Origin: Candidatus Rokuibacteriota bacterium
Lineage (GTDB): Bacteria; Methylomirabilota; Methylomirabilia; Rokubacteriales; CSP1-6
Assembly (NCBI GenBank): GCA_016184305.1
Contig: JACPCX010000128.1
Span: forward strand, 1 to 34,929
Reading direction: 5' to 3'
Length of the DNA stretch: 34,929 bases
The notes beneath the pieces were generated by a model. It was not told the origin of the DNA. It saw only the letters and a list, made by a program, of their open reading frames with translations, and did no database searches. Positions 29,547 to 34,929 of the stretch are shown here, piece by piece; within the stretch, counting starts at the first letter, position 1; every line of letters begins with the position of its first letter. Both the position numbers and the translations under genes were made by a program.

Positions 29547-30456
29547 GCGGTGCATGAGCGCGCGGCCCTCAAGAAACTCCTGCAGGCTGTCGTGCTCGGC
29601 GTAGGTGAGGACGCCGGGCGAGGCGGCTCCGGGATGTCTCAGCAGAGTCCACGGCGACCCCACCGTCTTCGCCCAGGAGTCTGCCGCCCATCGCCCGCAG
29701 GATCTCCAGGAAGTTGACCACCAGGCCCTCGTACTGCTTGCCCTGGAAGACGTACCCGGAGCGCCCGGTGGTGCCCAGGGCGGTCGCGACCCGGACGAGC
29801 TCCGGCCACGAGCGCGGCGGCGCCGGCAGCACGTCGCGCCGGTAGTACAGGAGGCCCGACTCGGTGAAGCGCGGCAGTGCCCACAGCCGCCCGCCCCAGG
29901 CCGCCGAGGCCAGCGGCGCCCGCAGGAAGGCCGCCCGCTCCCCGGCGGTGAGCTCGGCGCCGGCCGGCCTGATCCATCCGGCCGCGGCGAACTCCGCCGT
30001 CCAGATCTGGTCGATCTGGTAGACGTCCACCCCGGAATCCCGCGCCGCGAGCCACGTGACGAACTGCTGGTGCTGGACGTCAGAGGCATTGGGGAGCGTC
30101 CGCTGGCGCACCCGGACCCCGGTGCGCGCGGTGAAGGTCGCCAGGAGCTGAGCCTCGCTGGCGGGGTCCCGAGGCTTGAACTGGGCGAGCGTCACCGTCT
30201 CGGCATCCGCCGGCATCCAGCCGGCGATTCCGAGCGCCAGGGTCAGGAGCGCCAGCGGCGGTTTCCTGGCCCGGCCGCCGGTCCTCACTCGCAGAAGCAG
30301 GGCGGTCCCCGCGATCCCCGCCAGGAGTCCCACGGCGAGGGGCGCCCTCCAGTCGACCTGCTCGAAGATGCTGGGGTGGCGGCTCGGCAAAGAGACGTTC
30401 AGAAGCCGCTCGGCGCTCACCGCGAGAAGTAGCCACCCCAGGATGGTGCGCCGCAT
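29541..30456 (-). pseudogene. Trehalose/maltose-type ABC substrate-binding protein, broken and truncated
   Basis: [43 protein letters not shown]; frame change near 29635 into [25 protein letters not shown], which fuses to the permease remnant. Confidence 0.85.
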
Positions 30457-30460
30457 CCGC

Positions 30461-31171
30461 CTACAGATGCGTCAGCGTCTCGTGGGAGTGTGGCTCCCGG
30501 TCCCGTCTCAGGCGGCGCTCGAGGATCTCGCGGGCCAGGTGGCGCCCCCCCAGCCCGAAGGCCAGGGCCGCGGCCAGCACCAGCCCGCCGAAGGTGAGCC
30601 CGAAGGCGAGGAGCACGATCTCCTTCGCCAGGCCCAGGTGGGTGACGGCCATGGCCACGGCGAAGAGCAGCAGGCCCCAGCGCACCCCGCGCGCGAGGAG
30701 GCGCGCCTCCGGCAGCCCCGCGTTGACGGCGGCGATCAGGACGCCCTGGGCCAGGAAGTGGGCGAGGAGCCAGCCGATGAGCAGGATGAGAAGCGCTCCG
30801 AGCGCCGTGGGCAGCCAGACGAAGACGAAGGCCGTGACCCGCTCGGTGCCCGGCACCGCCATGGCGTCCACGGCCAGCGTGGCGAAGAGGAGGAAGATCC
30901 CCCAGAAGATGACAAGCCCGAACAGCTGCGACGGGGGGCGCGAGATGCCTTCCCGCCTGAGGAGGGACGTTCCGAGCCCCCAGGTCTCGGCGCGGCGGTC
31001 AAGGTCCACGGCGCGGGCCAGCCTCTGGCAGAGCCTGGCGCCGGCCCACGCGAGCAGGAGGCCGACCCCTACCAGGACGATGAGGGCGAGCACGGCGGGC
31101 ACGATGCCGAGCAGCCGCTCGCCCACCGTGCCCAGCGTCCTCAGCGCGGCGTCGCTCCACCCCGCGTTCAT
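30461..31171 (-). CDS. CmpX-like/conserved-TM-helix mechanosensitive-channel-associated membrane protein
   Basis: Repeated P...ALxIL.IGW helices; C-terminal LAAALAFGLGGR motif. Confidence 0.8.
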   Translation of the reverse strand: MNAGWSDAALRTLGTVGERLLGIVPAVLALIVLVGVGLLLAWAGARLCQRLARAVDLDRRAETWGLGTSLLRREGISRPPSQLFGLVIFWGIFLLFATLAVDAMAVPGTERVTAFVFVWLPTALGALLILLIGWLLAHFLAQGVLIAAVNAGLPEARLLARGVRWGLLLFAVAMAVTHLGLAKEIVLLAFGLTFGGLVLAAALAFGLGGRHLAREILERRLRRDREPHSHETLTHL

Positions 31172-31539
31172 GGCCGGGCTCCCGCTTCGGGCGCCGCGAC
31201 CCCGGGCCTCGGGAGCCGGCTCCTGTGAGTGGGTGGCCCGCCGCTGGATGGGGTTGGTCTCGGGCGGGGCGGCCGGACGACGAGGCCGCGACCGGCCCGC
31301 CCGTCCCGAGCATCGAGCGTGGCGCGGTCGAGGGCGCTGGCGACAGCCGGGTCCAGCAGCAGGATGGCCAGGCCCCCGTGGGTAACCGCGCTATCGCCAG
31401 GGTTGGGGACTCCGGGAAGCAGGCCCAGGCGGCCGGGTGGTCCCAGGACCATCCGGAGGGCCATGTCGGGATGGGAGAGGTTCGCCTCATTCCGGAGCGC
31501 GAGCAGGTAGTCTCGAGCCTGTGGCGTGACGTTCATCAT
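31168..31539 (-). CDS. HesB/IscA-fold protein lacking cysteines
   Basis: GGAGG RBS; MNVTPQA..L…ALR…PGD..V…ILLLD..VA..LD.ATLD pattern. Confidence 0.6.
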   Translation of the reverse strand: MMNVTPQARDYLLALRNEANLSHPDMALRMVLGPPGRLGLLPGVPNPGDSAVTHGGLAILLLDPAVASALDRATLDARDGRAGRGLVVRPPRPRPTPSSGGPPTHRSRLPRPGVAAPEAGARP

Positions 31540-31569
31540 CGGTGTGTCCTCCGTGCGCATGCGCGATGT

Positions 31570-31585
31570 CGCCCCCACGGTGCCA
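31570..31585 (-). promoter_or_regulatory. Possible weak internal sigma54 promoter
   Basis: TGGCAC-CGTGG-GGGCG: correct spacing but poor -12 element. Confidence 0.25.
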
Positions 31586-31608
31586 CGACTCGGGAGCGCA
31601 AGTCATGC

Positions 31609-32649
31609 TCACTCATCGCGTGTTTTCGGGCCGGTCCCGTCAGCCTGCTGCAGGACCACCGTACGCACCGGGTAGGGGATCTCGATGCCCTCGGCCCGGA
31701 ACCGCGCCAGGATGCGCTTCCGCAGCTCGTGCTGCGCCAGGTACTGGTCCACGAACGAAGCGACCTGGCAGATGAGGGTGAAGTCCAGGGAGTGGTCGCC
31801 GAAGCCAGGGATGAAGCGGACGAAGGGGCGCGGCTCGTCGAGGAGGCCCGGGACCTCAGCGGCGGCCTTCATCGCCTCCTCGACCAGGACGCGCTCCACC
31901 TGATCGGGGTCCGCCTGATAGCTGACGCTGACGGGCACCAGCAGCGACATCCGGGGCTCGGGCAGGTTGAAGTTGGTGATGATGGCCTTGGCCATCGTCT
32001 GATTGGGGATCACCACCACGTTGTTGGGCAGCGTGCGGATATGCGTCGAGCGCCACCCGATGTCCAGGACATAGCCCTCCACGCCGGAATCGAGCTTGAC
32101 GTAGTCGCCGACGGCGATCGGGCGATCGGCCAGGAGGTGGATCCCGGCGAAGAAGTTGGCCAGCGAGTCCTGGAGCGCGAGGGCCACGGCGAGGCCGCCC
32201 ACGCCGAGGGCGGTGAGAATCGGAGTGACGGTCAAGCCAAGCGTGGAGAGTACGACCAGCGTTCCGACGGCGATGGTGGCGAAGCGGACGATGGTCTGCC
32301 CGAGCCCCGTGACAGCCGCCGTCAGGCCCAGGCGCCCGCCCTGATGCGCGGTGACGAGCGCGAGGGCGGCCGCCAGGCTGAGCGTGACCGAGGCGATCAG
32401 CAGGGCCTCGATCCACAGCTCGAAACGGGCCGCGGCCCGCACCGGAAGATCGGCGACCTGGAGCGCACCGTATCCTCCGAGCACGAAACACCACAGGAGG
32501 GACGGCAGCCGCGCCGGCCGGACCAGCTGCTGCGCGGTCTCCCGCCGCGACAGTGCCCGCAGAAGCACCCAGCGGGCCAGGAGCGCCACGATGATGATGG
32601 CGGTGCCCGTGAGGATCGGCGTCATGAGGGCCGGCGACCAGCGGATCAT
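31609..32649 (-). CDS. mscS: Small-conductance mechanosensitive channel
   Basis: LGVGGLAVALALQDSLANFFAG, VGDYVKL.SG.EG.V.DIGWRST, IPN, GIEIPYP. Confidence 0.93.
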   Translation of the reverse strand: MIRWSPALMTPILTGTAIIIVALLARWVLLRALSRRETAQQLVRPARLPSLLWCFVLGGYGALQVADLPVRAAARFELWIEALLIASVTLSLAAALALVTAHQGGRLGLTAAVTGLGQTIVRFATIAVGTLVVLSTLGLTVTPILTALGVGGLAVALALQDSLANFFAGIHLLADRPIAVGDYVKLDSGVEGYVLDIGWRSTHIRTLPNNVVVIPNQTMAKAIITNFNLPEPRMSLLVPVSVSYQADPDQVERVLVEEAMKAAAEVPGLLDEPRPFVRFIPGFGDHSLDFTLICQVASFVDQYLAQHELRKRILARFRAEGIEIPYPVRTVVLQQADGTGPKTRDE

Positions 32650-33041
32650 GAATCGTCCCGCGTCCCCGGGGCGCAGGCCACCCGGCCGAGCGGCAGGAGT
32701 CGGCGCACCTGCTGCAGCAGCGCGTCCGTGCTGAACGGCTTCTCGATGTACGCCACGGCGCCCAGCCGGAGCGCCTCGTCCCGCACCGCCGAGCCGCCGA
32801 AGGCCGTGATCAGGATGACCGGCAGTCCGCGATGTCGCCTGGCGATGTAGGAGAGCAGGTCGAGCCCGCTCGGCCCCGGCATCTCCTTGTCCATCACGAT
32901 GAGATCCGGCACCTCCTTTTCGAGCGCCTCGACCAGCAACTCGCCGCTGGCCTCCTCGCGGACATCGAGCCTGTCTAGGGTCAGCATGTCACGCAGGAGA
33001 GCGCGCATGTCGGCGTCGTCGTCAACGACCATCACGACCAT
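32646..33041 (-). CDS. Single-domain response regulator (intact)
   Basis: VVDDD…MDKEMPGPSGLDLL…ITAFGG…YIEKPF. Confidence 0.9.
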   Translation of the reverse strand: MVVMVVDDDADMRALLRDMLTLDRLDVREEASGELLVEALEKEVPDLIVMDKEMPGPSGLDLLSYIARRHRGLPVILITAFGGSAVRDEALRLGAVAYIEKPFSTDALLQQVRRLLPLGRVACAPGTRDDS

Positions 33042-33132
33042 GCTGGCCCTCCAGCTTCAGGAGCCGGCCTTCCAGCTCCTGCAACCTCCCCAGGGCTTGA
33101 TCGACCTTCCCCGGCATCACTCTCCGCGCCAT
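33022..33132 (-). CDS. Small coiled-coil-like peptide (36 aa)
   Basis: AGAGGAGG RBS; MARRVMPGKVDQALGRLQELEGRLLKLEGQHGRDGR; overlaps the receiver start. Confidence 0.5.
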   Translation of the reverse strand: MARRVMPGKVDQALGRLQELEGRLLKLEGQHGRDGR

Positions 33133-33195
33133 CGGTCGTCCTCCTCTTCAGGGCGCCGGCTCCGCACCCGGTCGCGACCCGGGTTGCCTTCTGGC

Positions 33196-34308
33196 TCAGC
33201 CCAGGTTCCCAGACGCGGCATGGATCCTGACGACCGGCGGCGTCCACCTCTCCCTGCCGGAGATGTCAGGGCCGAGCCCTGACAGGACGCCCCGCAGAGG
33301 CCGTGACGGCCGCCGCCGCGCGACGCTGCCCATACGCGCGAGCCACGGAGTCGGGAGCGCCAGCCGGCGGGCCAGTCTCAGGACGCGGCGTGGCGTTCCC
33401 AGATCCGACCAGGTGAGCGCGGGCATCTGGGCCACCATCAGCTCCGGCGGGCACCGCTCGAGCACCGCCCGCGAGAAATTGGCGGCCGGCGCCGGCGCAT
33501 AGGCTTGCCGGATCGCCCAGCGCTCATGCTCCGTGTCGAAGAAGGCCGACAGCGGGGCCAGTCGCGCGTGCAGCAAGGGCAGATAGCGGCGGCCGAGATC
33601 CACCAGGGCCCGCGCCGTGGCCACGAGCACGAAGGTATTCCAGAGGCAGCCGCGGCGGAGGCACTCGACGGCCTGCGCCGGCGAGGGCTTCTCCCAGAAC
33701 CGCTTCGCCCGCCAGATGGGCCCCGCGCCTGTCGCGCCGACCTGGGCGCCCGGCTCGATCCAGCCGTACTGGGTGTCGGGCGTGTCGGCAAGCGCGCCGA
33801 GGAGCACCACCCAGGTGGGGTGGGCCCGGGCCGCGGCGGCCACGTCTTCGACATGGGCCATGAATCGCTCGGCATCGTCGATGAAGTGATCCGAGGGCAG
33901 CACCACGACGATGGCCTCCGGATCCTGCCGGGAGACCCAGTGCACCGGGAGGAGGACACCAGCGGCAGTCCCACGGTCGGCGGGCTGCTCCAGCACGCGC
34001 GGCATCAGCCCCTGCTCGATTTCACGCATGATATAGCCTGCGTGCTCGTCCACGGTGACCGCCACGGTCCGTGCGAGCGGGATTGCTCTGGCCGCGCGGT
34101 CCAGCGTCTGCCGAAGAAGCGAGCGTGCGCCCAGGACTGCGGCGAACTGCTTCGGGCGCGCCTCTCCATGGATCCGCCTGGTCAGGGGGCGCAGGCGCAT
34201 CCCCTGGCCGCCAGCCAGCACCACGGCCCAGAGCCGAGCGTCCTCACCGATCCAGCCGGGCGATTCCTGGACTGCCTCCCGCGTCCGATCGAGATCCTGC
34301 GCAACCAT
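33196..34308 (-). CDS. Mannose-1-phosphate guanylyltransferase-like nucleotidyltransferase
   Basis: AGGAGG RBS, ATG 34308; VLAGGQGMRL.PL, PKQF, RGTA, PSDH, FWEKP, WN, WSDLGT. Confidence 0.88.
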   Translation of the reverse strand: MVAQDLDRTREAVQESPGWIGEDARLWAVVLAGGQGMRLRPLTRRIHGEARPKQFAAVLGARSLLRQTLDRAARAIPLARTVAVTVDEHAGYIMREIEQGLMPRVLEQPADRGTAAGVLLPVHWVSRQDPEAIVVVLPSDHFIDDAERFMAHVEDVAAAARAHPTWVVLLGALADTPDTQYGWIEPGAQVGATGAGPIWRAKRFWEKPSPAQAVECLRRGCLWNTFVLVATARALVDLGRRYLPLLHARLAPLSAFFDTEHERWAIRQAYAPAPAANFSRAVLERCPPELMVAQMPALTWSDLGTPRRVLRLARRLALPTPWLARMGSVARRRPSRPLRGVLSGLGPDISGRERWTPPVVRIHAASGNLG

Positions 34309-34364
34309 GATCGCGTCCTCCTGACGATCGCCCGCCAGCGCCCGCGATCGCCAAGGATCGGTAT

Positions 34365-34380
34365 CGCAAGGATCTTGCCC
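34365..34380 (-). promoter_or_regulatory. Sigma54 promoter for the nucleotidyltransferase-receiver-mscS operon
   Basis: Minus strand GGGCAA-GATCC-TTGCG. Confidence 0.75.
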
Positions 34381-34456
34381 GTTCTGTCGCTTGGGAAATA
34401 CGGCGAGTCCATCGTGGGTTACGGGCGCTGACGCCAGCTCGACGTGGTGTCTTCGG

Positions 34457-34490
34457 CCGACAACTTGGCGCCCCGGCGACAACTTGACGC
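34457..34490. promoter_or_regulatory. Tandem palindromic enhancer (UAS) copy 3
   Basis: CCGACA-act-TGGCGC (34457) and GCGACA-act-TGACGC (34476), 19-bp period. Confidence 0.8.
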
Positions 34491-34508
34491 CCGGGGCGGC
34501 GAGGGCAG

Positions 34509-34929
34509 TCAGAGATCCTGGGCCCGGCGCTGGAGCGTCCGGACGGAGACGCCCAGGATGCGCGCCGCCGCCTGCTTGTCGCCGCCGGCTTCCTCGAGCA
34601 CCCGGCGGACGTACTGGCGCTCGAGCTCGCCCAGGGTGGGCCTTATGGAGGGCAGGCCCGTGTCCATCGAGAACTCCGTACCGAGGTCGGCGAGATGGAT
34701 CAGGGGCCCCTTCGCGAGCACCGCGGCCCGCTCGACGACGTTCTCGAGCTCGCGCACATTGCCCGGCCACCGATGCGCGACCATCCAGGTGGCTGCCTCC
34801 TCGGAGAACCCCGTGAGGGTCTTGCCGAGCCGCCGGGCGGCGCGCTGGAGGAAGTGGGCGGCGAGCAGCGGGATGTCCTCGGGCCGCTCGCGGAGAGCGG
34901 GCAGCCTCACGGGGATGACTGCGAGCCGG
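34509..34929 (-). CDS. Sigma54-dependent (NtrC/Fis-family) enhancer-binding activator, C-terminal part
   Basis: RLAVIPVRLPALRERPEDI, WPGNVRELENVVERA, Fis-type HTH GGDKQAAARILGVSVRTLQRR; 5' end outside window. Confidence 0.93.
   Translation of the reverse strand, partial: RLAVIPVRLPALRERPEDIPLLAAHFLQRAARRLGKTLTGFSEEAATWMVAHRWPGNVRELENVVERAAVLAKGPLIHLADLGTEFSMDTGLPSIRPTLGELERQYVRRVLEEAGGDKQAAARILGVSVRTLQRRAQDL

Noticed and set aside
1..34929. CRISPR arrays, tRNA/rRNA, transposases, integrases, phage or defence genes
   Set aside because: None recognisable by eye; the GCGACA palindromes are dispersed pairs, not repeat-spacer arrays.

Overview
Very GC-rich (~70%+) bacterial DNA. The gene repertoire resembles Candidatus Rokubacteria/Methylomirabilota (inference). 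There are three blocks. (1) 1-6.4 kb, minus strand: a DosS/DosR-like two-component system, a stand-alone receiver preceded by a Dev-box-like palindrome, an exported cupredoxin-like protein and two tandem di-heme cytochrome c peroxidase-family genes resembling the IdrP1/IdrP2 pair of iodate-reductase clusters. (2) 6.4-7.8 kb: housekeeping plsC and a glycerophosphodiesterase. (3) 7.9-34.9 kb: an osmotic/desiccation-stress island with membrane-anchored OtsA, TreY/TreZ, TreS, a maltokinase-DUF5752 fusion, GlgE, TreT-like and GT2 glycosyltransferases, GlgX, GlgA, a trehalose-type ABC transporter, MscS, a CmpX-like protein, an antiporter, DksA, a nucleotidyltransferase, several single-domain receivers, an NtrB-like kinase and a sigma54 activator. 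Two patterns stand out. First, the island appears to be one sigma54 regulon: five clear -24/-12 promoters are served by three copies of a tandem palindromic enhancer (GCGACA-N3-TGTCGC x2, 19-bp period). Second, about ten lesions hit this island, mostly internal deletions and often at short repeats: glgX is reduced to 93 aa, glgA to 179 aa, and the ABC operon is collapsed. The TreY/TreZ/TreS/Mak/GlgE core is intact.
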